From an uncultured Acidobacteriota bacterium (lineage in GTDB: Bacteria; Acidobacteriota; Vicinamibacteria; Vicinamibacterales; UBA2999), in contig CAWDJL010000006.1 in assembly GCA_963802675.1 (NCBI GenBank), forward strand, positions 322,015-386,014: a stretch of DNA of 64,000 nucleotides, in the 5' to 3' direction. The notes under the pieces are model-generated. The model worked only from the letters and a program-made list of their open reading frames with translations, had not been told where the DNA came from and made no database searches. This document shows positions 49,603 through 59,920 of this stretch, one piece after another. The translations under genes were made by a program, and so were the position numbers. Each line of letters begins with the position of its first letter. The stretch's first letter is position 1.

Positions 49603-50506
49603 TTACGTCTGAACGAATCGTGGCAACTCCACGGTGAATGTCGAGCCCTTGCCCTCGCCCTCGCTGGCCGCGAACACCCGGCCGCCATGCTGCTTGACGA
49701 TTGACCGAACGATGTAGAGCCCCAATCCGGTGCCTTTGATTTTGAAGCCGTGCGCCTGGAAACGATAGAAGCGATGGAATATGCGCTTCAGTTGCGACCG
49801 CGGGATGCCGATGCCGGTGTCGCGCACTCGCACCCATACCGTGTCTGGCGATGGTGCGGCAACCTCGACGGCGACCTGCACGGCATCGCGCGAATACTTG
49901 ACCGCGTTGTCGATCAGGTTTGAAAGGACGGTGCGCAACTCGTCGGCGTCGCCATCCACGAACAGGCCTTCGGCAGTTGGTGTAGCGATCGTCAGCGTCA
50001 TCTTCTCGGTCGACAGGTGATGGCGGAGCCGTGCCGTGTCGAGGACCTCGCCCGCGAGCGCTGCGATGTCCACCGGCGCGCGCTGTTGGAGCGCGAGCCG
50101 TTGCCCGGCGACACCCGCCTTGAGCACTTGTTCGACGGTCCTCTGCAAGCGCTCGGTGTCGTCGAGCATGAGCGCGATAGAAGTCGCGGCGTTGTGATTC
50201 GGATACGTCACGAGACTGGAGTGTTTCGAGGAAGAGTCGAATCGACGCGATCGGTGTCTTGAGCTCGTGGGTGACGGAGTTGATGAACGCGTCGTGGGCG
50301 TCGTTGCGACGGATCTCCCGCACGAGGAACACGGTGTAGACAATGATGCCGGCAATGATGAGGGCAAAGGTCAGGATCCCGAAAACGAGCGGCAGCACGC
50401 GCCGCGCGTTGACGATAATCCAGCCGATGTTGAGCGTGACCGCGGCGGCGACCAGGATCACGCAGAGCCCGACGATCAGGGCCGTGGCGGTGCGGCGACG
50501 GTTCAC
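49603..50506 (-). pseudogene. sensor histidine kinase (partner of 48861-49592), frame broken near 50170-50176
   Basis: The GTG 50506 frame has two TM segments, then the H-box SVTHELKTPIASI..QRRDFYR. The 50367 frame has MLDDTERLQRTVEQVL..NLIDNAVKY..DTGIGIP..GTGLGLYIV. The junction sits at a CGCGCTC stretch. Confidence 0.85.
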
Positions 50507-50530
50507 GCTGGAATTCTAGCCCGCTGGCGG

Positions 50531-50622
50531 GAAGGCCGCTCCGCGAAGCGCCCTTCCGGCGAAGGCCGCTCGCCTTCCGCGAAGCGGCCGTGCGGCGAAG
50601 CTGGCCCTTCCGCGAAGCGGCC
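50531..50622. repeat. GC-rich spacer with a 17-bp perfect direct repeat CCTTCCGCGAAGCGGCC and degenerate copies
   Basis: Exact copies lie at 50573-50589 and 50606-50622, the latter touching the desaturase stop. Related GAAGGCCGCT occurs at 50531-50540 and 50561-50570. Confidence 0.85.
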
Positions 50623-51530
50623 TAGTCGGCCATCGCCGGTTCGGCGGCGGTGATGTCCACGGCGTCGTTGGTCTGCTGGGGCATGCGGTGGACGTGTTCG
50701 AGCGTTGCCGACTTGACGTCCCAGGCCAAACCGAGCGCCTGCAAGGTGCGGATGCCGAGCCAGTTGAAGTCGAACTCATACCAGGCCAGGCCGTGGCGGG
50801 CCGACACCGGATGGGCGTGATGATTGTTGTGCCAGCCCTCGCCGAAGGTGAGCATCGCCACCCACCAGTTGTTCGTCGAATCATCGCGCGTCTTGAATCG
50901 TCTGGAGCCCCAGAGATGCGTAGCCGAGTTCACCAGCCATGTGCAGTGCAGGCCAAACGTCGTGCGGAAGAACACCGCCCAGAGCACGTACGGGATACCG
51001 CCAAAGGCGAGCAGAGCGAACCCGACGACGACTTGCGAGACCCAGTGCCACTTGGTGAGCGCAACGTGGAACGGGTCGCGGCTCAAGTCGGGCACGTAGC
51101 GGCGCAACACATCAGTGTCGTGATGCATCGCCCTGCCGGTGAAGATCCACCCCATGTGCGCCCAGAACGTGCCCTCGCGCGGGGTATGGGGGTCGCCCTC
51201 CTTGTCCGAGTGCTGATGATGAATGCGATGAGTGGCGACCCAGAAGATCGGTCCGCCTTCGAGCGCCAACGTGCCGCAGGTGGTCAGGACGTACTCGACC
51301 CATTTCGGTGTCTTGAAGCCGCGATGCGTGAGGAGGCGGTGATAGCCCATGCCGATCCCAAACGAACCGGCAATGATCCAGAGAGCGACGGCCGCGAGAA
51401 TGGCGCCGGCATCGATCACGAAGAAGGCGGCCACCGAGCCGACGTGGAACGCCGACATCGCAATGACGGTGATCCAGTTGATGGTGCCTTCAGAAGCTTT
51501 GCGCCCGTAGAGCGCGGTTACGGGTGTCAT
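50622..51530 (-). CDS. acyl-CoA/acyl-lipid delta-9-type fatty acid desaturase
   Basis: Three His boxes: HRLLTH, HRIHHQHSD and GEGWHNNHHAHP. The protein is membrane-embedded. Confidence 0.9.
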   Translation of the reverse strand: MTPVTALYGRKASEGTINWITVIAMSAFHVGSVAAFFVIDAGAILAAVALWIIAGSFGIGMGYHRLLTHRGFKTPKWVEYVLTTCGTLALEGGPIFWVATHRIHHQHSDKEGDPHTPREGTFWAHMGWIFTGRAMHHDTDVLRRYVPDLSRDPFHVALTKWHWVSQVVVGFALLAFGGIPYVLWAVFFRTTFGLHCTWLVNSATHLWGSRRFKTRDDSTNNWWVAMLTFGEGWHNNHHAHPVSARHGLAWYEFDFNWLGIRTLQALGLAWDVKSATLEHVHRMPQQTNDAVDITAAEPAMAD

Positions 51531-51629
51531 GTCGCCTGCAACGGTAACAGGTCGGCCCGCGACGCTCTGTAATACTTCTGTCAGCGACTGGAAGTGCGCA
51601 TACTGTCAGCAGTTGGCGCGTGCACGGCT

Positions 51630-51650
51630 GCGCGCCGCTGCGCGGCGCGC
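51630..51650 (-). terminator. perfect 9-bp GC hairpin immediately 3' of the VWA operon (no U tract)
   Basis: GCGCGCCGC-TGC-GCGGCGCGC at 51630-51650, 2 nt beyond the stop at 51652-51654. Confidence 0.4.
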
Positions 51651-51651
51651 A

Positions 51652-54494
51652 CTACCGAAACACGTACCGGCGCCAGGTCTCCACGAGCGCGGCTTCGGAA
51701 CCGTGAGCGGCGGTGTAGCGCTTGCTGTAGTCGTCGAAGCGCGTGCGGTCCTCGGCCGACAGTTCACGTGTGAGGTGCTGTCGATACATCACCTGCAACG
51801 CGACGAACAACAGATCCGTGTCCCCGGCGCCGCGCGCGAGGAGCGCGTGAAGCGTCGCGAGCGCCGGCTCGAACTGCCCGAGCATGGCCTGTGCCGTCGC
51901 CACGCGGCGTAGTCGCGCCTCGTCGCTCGGCCACGCGTCAGGCGCTTCCGCGATCAACTCGAGCGCGCCCTGGCCGTCGCCGATGCGCAACGTCGCATCC
52001 ACGAGCATCGGGTACGCGGTCTTGCCGCCGTTGAGCAGCGACATCTGCCACGCGCCAACCGCGTCGTTGTCGCGGCCATTCGCCGCGTGCACAGCCCCGA
52101 GGTAGAACGCGGCGCCGAGAAAGTCCGACGCGCCTTTCAGCGACAACTGGAACCACGCCGCCGCCTGTGCGTACTGCTTCTTCTGCAATTGCGCCAGTCC
52201 GCGAATGAACGACAGTGTCGGCTCGTCACCGTCCGGCGTCCGGCTGTCAGGAGGCGCGCTGAGATACGTGCCGTTGCGCGCCTGCTGAACAATCGGCGCG
52301 CTGGCGGCTGAGACGGGATGCGACTGCTGCAGGTCGTCGAGGAACCCGCGCACGACCGCGGGCGCCAACACGTCATCCACGACAAACTTCGTCACCGGAG
52401 CGACGATCCGCGCGATTGGCAGTGGCGCTGGCGCCTCGTCGCCCGCCACGCGAAGCGCGATCGGTGAGGCGTCTGCCGCGCTGGCGACCGGTGCCAGCCT
52501 GAACGACCGGGTCACGTGCGCGTCGGCGTGACCGGGGAACGTCACCACCGCGCGCGCGACGTACTCGCCCGGTGGCAGCACGCCAAGCTTGAGCGAGGCG
52601 ACGAAGCTACGCTGCCCGGTTACGCGCGGAATGGCCTGGGCGGGAACGGTCACCAGCGCCGGCCCTTTCTCAGATTCCGCGATCTGCACCGACACGCGCG
52701 ACTCCGCCAGTCGTTTCGGATCTGCGCCGACCAGTTCGAGAACCGCCGCGATGGTTTCGCTGTAGAGGACAGACGAGGGAATCGGCCGTGGCGCCTCGCC
52801 GGCGTTCACCATCGGACTGAGAATCAGGTCGGAGACCCGCACCGAGTCGCCATCGAGTTCGGGGAGCCGCGCGGTGATGATGTGGTGAACGCTGCCGGCA
52901 GCGCCGGTGCCATCAACCGCCGCAAGCCGGAGCGTGTACTCCCCTGGTTCGAGCACGACCGACATCAGGAACAGCCGCGACGTCGCGGTCCGATCGCTGG
53001 CCGGCGCCAGCTTCATCGGCGTGGCGTTACTGACCAGTACCTTCCCCCGATCGTCGGCGACGAGCATGCCGACCGGCCATTCTGCGGGCTCGGTGGCGGC
53101 GTCACCGATCTCCGCCGCGACGATCACGCGCACACGTTCGTCTTGCGGGTTTGCGACCGAATACGTCGCCACCCGCATCTTGAGGCCGGCCATCGGCAAC
53201 GGCGCGGCCAGCAGCGACTTGACCTGTTCGAGCGGCGGCAGCGCGGCGAGGCTTGTGGCGGCGTCCGTTACGGCGTAGGTCGAGCGCGCACGAACCGTCA
53301 GGCCGCGGCGTTTGACCTCCACTTTGATGCGTCGATCGCGCGACGTCTTATCCGCCTCCGTCGGCTCGAACGCGAGCAGATAGTAGCCGGTCAATTCGCG
53401 CGCGATCCGATCGAAGGCGCCGTCACCACTGGTGCTCACGCGATAGTACGAGCCGCGCGTGAGCCCGGCGAGCTGCTCCAGGCCTTGCGACAGCGCCGAC
53501 TCCTGCGGCAGGCCGCCGACGGTGCGTGGAGAATCCATGTCGAAGATCGATTCGTCTGGCTGGACGACGAAAAAGCTGAGCCGCGCCTGCGCCGCCAACC
53601 GTGCCAGGTGGGTCAGGTCGTTCGTGATCGCGCCCGATATACAAGCCTTCGCTGAGCAACACCATGTTCACCGGCGTTTTCATCAGGGCGAGCTGCTGCG
53701 CCAACTGCTCGAATGCACTGATCGACAAACGCGTGCGAGCACTGGCCTCCGTCACGACGTACTTCGCCTGGGCTTCGAGCTCGTTGATGCAGGCTCATCG
53801 GCCCATGCCGCCACCGCGCCGCCGACTCCGGGCGACTCGACGCCGCACTCGCGATCGACGACCTGCTGCCACGTCCGTTGGTCGTTGACTTCGAACGCGT
53901 GCCCCTCGCTCAGTCGCACCCGATCAGTGGAGCGTGAAGGCTGAGCGCCCATCGTTCCCGACAGCGCCCGGCGAATGCGCTCGCGGTCGGTGGTGAACTC
54001 GACGCCGCCGCGGCCGGTTGGCAACCGCGCCAATCCGACCATGTCCCCCGCAGGGAGTTTGGCCATCACGCGCTCCGCCGTGCGAAGCACGGCGCGGGCG
54101 CTGCCGACCCGGAGGTAGTTTTCATCAACGACAAACAGGAGCAGCCGTCCAGTCGACGGTCCATCGTTGCTGCTCACGCTGGCGAGGCGTGGCGCGTCGG
54201 CGACTGTCTTCATCCCCAACGACGAGATGAACTGGACGGTGTGCACGCTGCGCGGCTGACCGTTGACCTCCAGCGCGAAGTCTGCCGCGGTGAGTCCTGT
54301 CACCGGATCGCCGTTGCCGCTCACGACGGTCACGTCCACCAGGACGACGTCGGCGCGGGCCTCGAATTGTGGCGGTGGAGGCACCTGCGGTGTCGGCGCG
54401 CTCGGGGATGGCGGCGTCGGCTGCTGCGCGGCCGCGATCCCAAGACACCCCACCAGAGGAGACCGACCACGCCGAACGTTCTCTTCATCGCCAT
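51652..54494 (-). pseudogene. acidobacterial-type VWA-domain protein with a long C-terminal region ending in TPR-like repeats; three frame breaks
   Basis: ATG 54494/54488 gives MAMKRTFGVVGLLWWGVLG. A break follows at the CCC run 54439-54441. Next comes IAAAQQPTPP..ADVVLVDVTVVSGNGDPVTGLTAADF..LLLFVVDENYL. A break follows at ~53789-53796, then INELEAQAKYVVTEA..VLLSEGLYI. A break follows at ~53630-53635, then GAITNDLTHLARLAAQARLSFFVV..to 51652. Confidence 0.8.
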
Positions 54495-54503
54495 GACGAG
54501 GCT

Positions 54504-55647
54504 CTACTTCTCAGGCGCGCGATAACCCTGTCGAGCGCGGACTGAATGCGAGTGATTGGGAAGCTCCAGTTCGATCTCGCGCCAGGCGCCGTCGCGCTTC
54601 GTGTTGGTTGACTGATACCCGATCAGATATTGGTTCGCAAGCTCTTCGAGGATCTCGGCAAAGGGTCCATCGAGCCGATCGCTGCGCTCGACGAACAGCG
54701 CTCGCCCACCACTGAGATCGACGAGCTTCTCGATGCCGCTCTTCAGGTGAGCGCGCTGCACGCCGCTGCCAAGCGCCACCATGAACAATGTGGCGTCACT
54801 GGCGCGCACCGCTTGCTCGACCGATTCCAAGCGTGGCATGGCTGGTCCGATCGTCACCGTCGCTGAACACCACCAGCACTCGGCGTCCCGGCTGCTTGGA
54901 CAGCTGCTGCAAGCCCCGCACGATGACATCGTAGAGGGCAGTGCCTCCCCAGGGTTTGAGCCGATCGACGGCGCGGAGCCGTTGTTCCGGGCTGGTCTCG
55001 GGACCGGTCAGCGTGAACAGGTTGTCGTTGAACGCGGTCAACGTCACTTGATCCTGCGGCCTCAGCGCGGCGAGGAACCGTTTGACGGAGTTCTTCAGCT
55101 GCGGCATCGCGTCGGTCATGCTCTCGCTGACGTCAATCGCAATCACGAGCTCGAGCGGCGTTCCCTCGGAGGAGAAGTGAGTGATCGTTTGCGGGACATT
55201 GTCTTCGCGCAGCCGAAAGTCGGCCTTGGTCAGTCCCTTGACGAAGGAATTACGATTGGCGACGACCGCGGTCACTTGAACAACCTCGACGTTCACGACA
55301 TCCACGATGTCGAGGCCCTTCGTGCGAATGCTGGTGACCGCGCGACCGCCTCCCACGAGCTCGGCGACAGCGCGGATCACGTGCTCTTTGATGTTGGCGC
55401 CCGAATCCCACGGACACTCGGCGCGGGCGGGGTCCATCAGCGTGCACACCAACCGGCCGTCGGCGTAGAACATCACGCGTGCCACGTCGCGCACGCGTCG
55501 CGCCGGCTCGATGGCGGCCCGCAGTCGCACCGAACCGACCAGGTAAGTGTCGGGTTCGGGCGACACGATCCGGATCGTCACATCCCGCGGCGGCGACTGG
55601 GCGACGCGAAGGCTGAGGCGATCAGCAACGGCAGCAACGCGAGTCAT
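54504..55647 (-). pseudogene. VWA-domain protein (acidobacterial VWFA-related type), frame broken at 54840-54841
   Basis: ATG 55647 overlaps the upstream stop (ATGA). VEVVQVTAVVANRNSFVKGLTKADFRLREDN..LVIAIDVSESM..GGTALYDV..VLVVFSDGDDRTS is followed, in another frame, by MPRLESVEQAVRASDATLFMVALG..YLIGYQS. Confidence 0.8.
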
Positions 55648-58193
55648 TGTTTTCGCAGTGGGCCATTGCCCGTGAGCGCGGCGACATAATCTTCGACGCG
55701 TGCCGGTGTCAGCGTCTGCGCTTGACGCGACAGCCGTGGCCAGTCGTCGGCAAAGCGGACCGGCACGTCGTGCCAGTAATCGTTGACGGCAAACGCAAGC
55801 AGTGATGGCACCAGCAGCGCCGGCAGACCGAGCCGGGCCGTTTCTTCGACGATCCGCAACGTCAGATCGGGCGTCTGGGTGGTGATTTGTCCCGCATCGG
55901 CCCGCCCGGCGAAGTCTTCCCAAGGGGCGGGCGGCGGCATCGCGGTCACGCGCCGGCCATCGATGCCGTCCGCGGCGAGTCCCCACCGATCGAGTTGGCG
56001 GCGAGAGAGCTTCGGCTGACCGAGCCACATCAGATCCCGCAGTGTGAAGAGATCGTTCAGCGCATCCGGCTGGCGCGCGACCAACCAGGGGATCAGCTGG
56101 CGTGCGATGGCCGAAATGCGTGCCTCACGCGCCAACGCGTCGAGCGCCCGAGCGCTCGCTCCGGCCTCGCGCACCCGCTCGCGGCCGCGCGCGATTGCGC
56201 TCGCGATCTCGTTGCGGTCTGCGTCGGTCAAGTCGAGCGCCGTCATCGACACCACGGTTCGCGTCAAGGTCGAGAAGTCGTTCAGCGTGAGCGTCGGCGC
56301 AGGCGGCATCTCGTCGCCCGTCAAGCGTCGCAAGGCGAGGCGCGAGAGGCCGAGATCGAGGCCAATCAGCGAGCCCGCGACCCGCCACGGGCCGCGACCT
56401 TGTTGCTCTTCGGGCAACGACCAGGGCCGAAGGTCCCGCACGAGGGTCGTGGCCTCGAGCCCCAGATCGTGGCGCATGGCCACGTCCCGGCTGAGCGCGA
56501 CTGCGCCCTCCGGTTCGCCGAGCGCTGGCGCGTACACGAGCGCAGTGAGTGCGAGTGACAAATCACGCGGCCGGTCGTGTGCGATGGCCGCGTCGAGTCC
56601 AGGAGAGGGCAGCTGCGCACGAACCGCGCGCAGCCGCTCATGCTCAGCCTCGACGATGTCCACGCGATACGTCAGACCTTCCCATTCGATCGCCGGTGTG
56701 GGCCGGTCGCGAGGCCCGGCGAGTGCCTGCAGAATCGTGGACTCGTACGCCGTCTTTCCGGTCAAGGCGTCGGGTCGTTCGAGCCGGGGCAGCGAGGCCA
56801 TCAGCGTCGACTGGATCCACTCGGTGATCGATCGCGTCACCCGCGGGTTGCGCTGGACGGCCTCGCTCAGTGTTCGGAGCAGGCGGTCGGTCGTCGCGAC
56901 GTCGATGGTGCGCACATGACGCATCCGCTCTATCAGGCTCACGACTGCCTGGAACGCCGTCACCGCATCGCGCCGATCATCGCTCCGATCGGAAGCGTGA
57001 CGAGCGGCTGTCACCAGCGCCGCCCACGTCGCGGCCTCTTCAATTTGCATCCGTTCGAGCGCAAGGAGCAACGAGCGAAATCGTGCGTACCCACTGAGGG
57101 CAACCGCAAGATCCGGCAGCGCCGCGGGCGATGGAGAGGGGAACACCCGTTGGCCGAGTCGAAACACTTCGATCTTGTCTCGTCGCGGTCGAGCCGTCGT
57201 CGATGCGATCGTGCGCGTCAACCAGGTCAACCCCGCTGGCCGCATCCCGTCGCGCATTGGTGGTGGGGGACCGGCGCTGCCCGAGAACACGTACTCCCAA
57301 AACACTTCGGGAGACGGTCCAAGCAGCCGGCCGGCCTGGACGTCGGCGGTCATCACGATCGTCCATGGATCCGCGATGGTTCGACGATACGGCTGCTCCG
57401 GGATGATCCACTGAACATCGCTCTCGCGAAACGCCGCGTAAAGCGCCGCCGCGTTGTCGCGGCGCGCATCGAGACCGTTGTCCGGCCACGCGGCCGCGAG
57501 TCGCCCATCGTCCATCTGCGCCAGGCAGTCGAAGTACCACGCCAGTCGACCGCGATCGCGAGAGACCAGCGCGCGTAGAAATGCCGACGGCTGGTCGGTG
57601 GAACTGCCGGCGAGTCTCTGCCAGATCGTCTCCGCGCCCTGGCCGCCCGGCACCACCACACGATCACGATCGATGCGTAGCGAGCGCGCCACGATGGCGA
57701 ACGCTGACGCACCTTCGCGGTGCACGAACGACAGCAGATCCCGATCGCGAGCCATCAACGATCGAATCGAGTCGTCAGTTGCCATCAGCCCGACCGCGAC
57801 CATCAGGGCGCGTCGATTGCCGCTCAGACGGCGAAAGAGGTCGTCCTGCGGCGCAACCTCCAGCAGCTCGCGCCAGACCTCGGCGCTGAGCGGTGCCGGC
57901 ACCACGGTGGCTTCAGCATCGGGCGTACCGCCAAGCGTCCCGGCGGTCGTCTGATCAAGAATCCGCTGCAGGGCGTCGGGCGCCCGGCCGAGACGACTCT
58001 GGCGATCCTCGAGCGCGCGCGACAGCACGGGCAGCGTCAACGCGCGTTCGTCAGGCTCGATGCCGAGTGCCGCCAGCGTGGCCTCGCCTCCAGCGATTGG
58101 CAGGTCGAACCACCCTGGAAGGCGCGTGTCGCGGGCCTCGACACCAACGACCACGGCCGTGAGGCCCAGCAGCGCGGCAACCGTCCGACGCAT
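55644..58193 (-). CDS. hypothetical secreted 849-aa protein, mostly helical, no recognisable domain
   Basis: Signal MRRTVAALLGLTAVVVGVEA. The long ORF is uninterrupted and is translationally coupled to the downstream VWA gene. Confidence 0.7.
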   Translation of the reverse strand: MRRTVAALLGLTAVVVGVEARDTRLPGWFDLPIAGGEATLAALGIEPDERALTLPVLSRALEDRQSRLGRAPDALQRILDQTTAGTLGGTPDAEATVVPAPLSAEVWRELLEVAPQDDLFRRLSGNRRALMVAVGLMATDDSIRSLMARDRDLLSFVHREGASAFAIVARSLRIDRDRVVVPGGQGAETIWQRLAGSSTDQPSAFLRALVSRDRGRLAWYFDCLAQMDDGRLAAAWPDNGLDARRDNAAALYAAFRESDVQWIIPEQPYRRTIADPWTIVMTADVQAGRLLGPSPEVFWEYVFSGSAGPPPPMRDGMRPAGLTWLTRTIASTTARPRRDKIEVFRLGQRVFPSPSPAALPDLAVALSGYARFRSLLLALERMQIEEAATWAALVTAARHASDRSDDRRDAVTAFQAVVSLIERMRHVRTIDVATTDRLLRTLSEAVQRNPRVTRSITEWIQSTLMASLPRLERPDALTGKTAYESTILQALAGPRDRPTPAIEWEGLTYRVDIVEAEHERLRAVRAQLPSPGLDAAIAHDRPRDLSLALTALVYAPALGEPEGAVALSRDVAMRHDLGLEATTLVRDLRPWSLPEEQQGRGPWRVAGSLIGLDLGLSRLALRRLTGDEMPPAPTLTLNDFSTLTRTVVSMTALDLTDADRNEIASAIARGRERVREAGASARALDALAREARISAIARQLIPWLVARQPDALNDLFTLRDLMWLGQPKLSRRQLDRWGLAADGIDGRRVTAMPPPAPWEDFAGRADAGQITTQTPDLTLRIVEETARLGLPALLVPSLLAFAVNDYWHDVPVRFADDWPRLSRQAQTLTPARVEDYVAALTGNGPLRKQ

Positions 58194-58232
58194 CGCGGAC
58201 AGCCTACCCCAGGGCTGCTGTGTACAGTTCTG

Positions 58233-59894
58233 CTATTTCGGTGGAGCTTCGAACAGTTGAACGTTCCGACGCTGGCCGCTGGGAAGCCAGTGACCGGTAT
58301 TCAACACAGGTCCGTGGCGCGCCTCGAAAATCGCCTTCTCTTCCGCGCTATCGATGACGAGGAAAATGGGGAATCCTTGGGCGGCCAAGGCATTCACACT
58401 GTGGTCGAAACTTCCGGCCGGAATCTGATCCCAGTTCACGGTCTGACGGTCGGCATAGTAGCGAAGGCTCCCGCTGTGCTGCAGCGCGAGCACGACCGCG
58501 TTGGTCGGCGTGACCTGCGCGACCAGCTCACCAACGAGGCGGTGACGTGCTTCCTGGGCGGGCATCGTGAACACCTGGTTGACGGCCAGCCACGACATCC
58601 ACGACCACGCGATCGCGACGGCGACACTTGACGCGACCATCGAACCGGCGACCACTCCCGCCAGACGACGAGCGACTTCGATGAGTCCCGCGGCGGCGAC
58701 GATTGTCGCCACTACGATGACCGGCAGGAGAAAGCGCAAGGTCTCCCAATGATCATACGGCCGATAAAACAGGTAGGGTGTGATCACACCGAGTGCGACC
58801 AATGCGAGCGCTGCGCGCGGTACCGTCTTCGATGTGACGATCCCGAGGACGACCGCTGCCAGCCACACCGGACCAAGCGCGAGATACCCCCAATAGAGAT
58901 AGCTTCGCGTGTTGAGCCACGCCGTTTCGATTGAGAAGAGGCCCGCGATGTAGCCATAGCCGCTCGCGAAGGCGTCACCGTAGAGATACCACTGCGTCCA
59001 ACCCTGGATGAGAATGCCCGCGGTGACCGGCGCCAGGTACCACAAGGTGATCGATCCGGCTTTTCGTCCCCTCGCGATCAACGGCAGCGCGGCGAGCAGA
59101 ATCGCCGCAGGTGCGAGGGCCGGCCTGGTGATCAACGCCACGGCGGCTGCGATGCCCGCCAGGAGTGGTAGCGGTCGCGTCGTCGAGAGCGCGGCGACCG
59201 CCACCATCAGTGCCGCGGCCGCCGGCACATCGCTCATGGCTTGAATGGAGTACGTGAACACCAGCGGGTTGACCGCGAGCAGCGCACTCGCGAGCAGCGC
59301 CGTCATCCGGTCGCCGTACCACGCTCGCGTGATCACAGACGACGCGGCCAACAAGATGAGCCCGCAGAGCGGGGCGACGTAGAAGGCTCCCGATCGCCCG
59401 AAGAACGTGGTGGCAATCGCCATGACCGCGGACAGGCCAAGAGGATACGCAGGCACCGACGCGTTCGGAATCCTTCCCGCAGGCACGTAGCCCAACGGAG
59501 TGGCGGCCCGAACTCCGTTTGCAGGCAGAATCTCGGCGAGCGGCTCGTTCTGGACGATGGCGCCGGCAAGAAGACGCTCGGCGGCGCTGACATAGCCGTA
59601 GCTATCGGCGCCGCCACACGTCATTGAGAGATAGCTGATCCAGCCAATCGTTCCGGCGGTGATCAGCGCGCCACACGTCACCTTCGCTAATGCCTCGAGT
59701 GCGGCGGTCGCGAGCGGTCGCCCGCCAAGGCCGATTCGAGCGGCGAACACCATGGCCGCGGCGATCAGCGGTCGTGACAACGTGCGAATGCTTATGGTCG
59801 TGCCGAAAGCCTCGAATCGCAGCGGCCCCGCGTAAGCGGCTGCGAGCGCTGCTCCGAGCAGTATCGCGGTGAGAATCTCCAGCGCAACATTCAA
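58233..59894 (-). CDS. polytopic membrane protein, GT-C-fold glycosyltransferase-like (GT39/GT83-like)
   Basis: 553-aa ORF with more than 10 predicted TM segments, an early-loop acidic motif GGADSYGY, and a soluble C-terminal domain. The family call is tentative. Confidence 0.6.
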   Translation of the reverse strand: MNVALEILTAILLGAALAAAYAGPLRFEAFGTTISIRTLSRPLIAAAMVFAARIGLGGRPLATAALEALAKVTCGALITAGTIGWISYLSMTCGGADSYGYVSAAERLLAGAIVQNEPLAEILPANGVRAATPLGYVPAGRIPNASVPAYPLGLSAVMAIATTFFGRSGAFYVAPLCGLILLAASSVITRAWYGDRMTALLASALLAVNPLVFTYSIQAMSDVPAAAALMVAVAALSTTRPLPLLAGIAAAVALITRPALAPAAILLAALPLIARGRKAGSITLWYLAPVTAGILIQGWTQWYLYGDAFASGYGYIAGLFSIETAWLNTRSYLYWGYLALGPVWLAAVVLGIVTSKTVPRAALALVALGVITPYLFYRPYDHWETLRFLLPVIVVATIVAAAGLIEVARRLAGVVAGSMVASSVAVAIAWSWMSWLAVNQVFTMPAQEARHRLVGELVAQVTPTNAVVLALQHSGSLRYYADRQTVNWDQIPAGSFDHSVNALAAQGFPIFLVIDSAEEKAIFEARHGPVLNTGHWLPSGQRRNVQLFEAPPK

Positions 59895-59920
59895 TTTCCT
59901 GATCTTCGTGTTCCTCTGGT

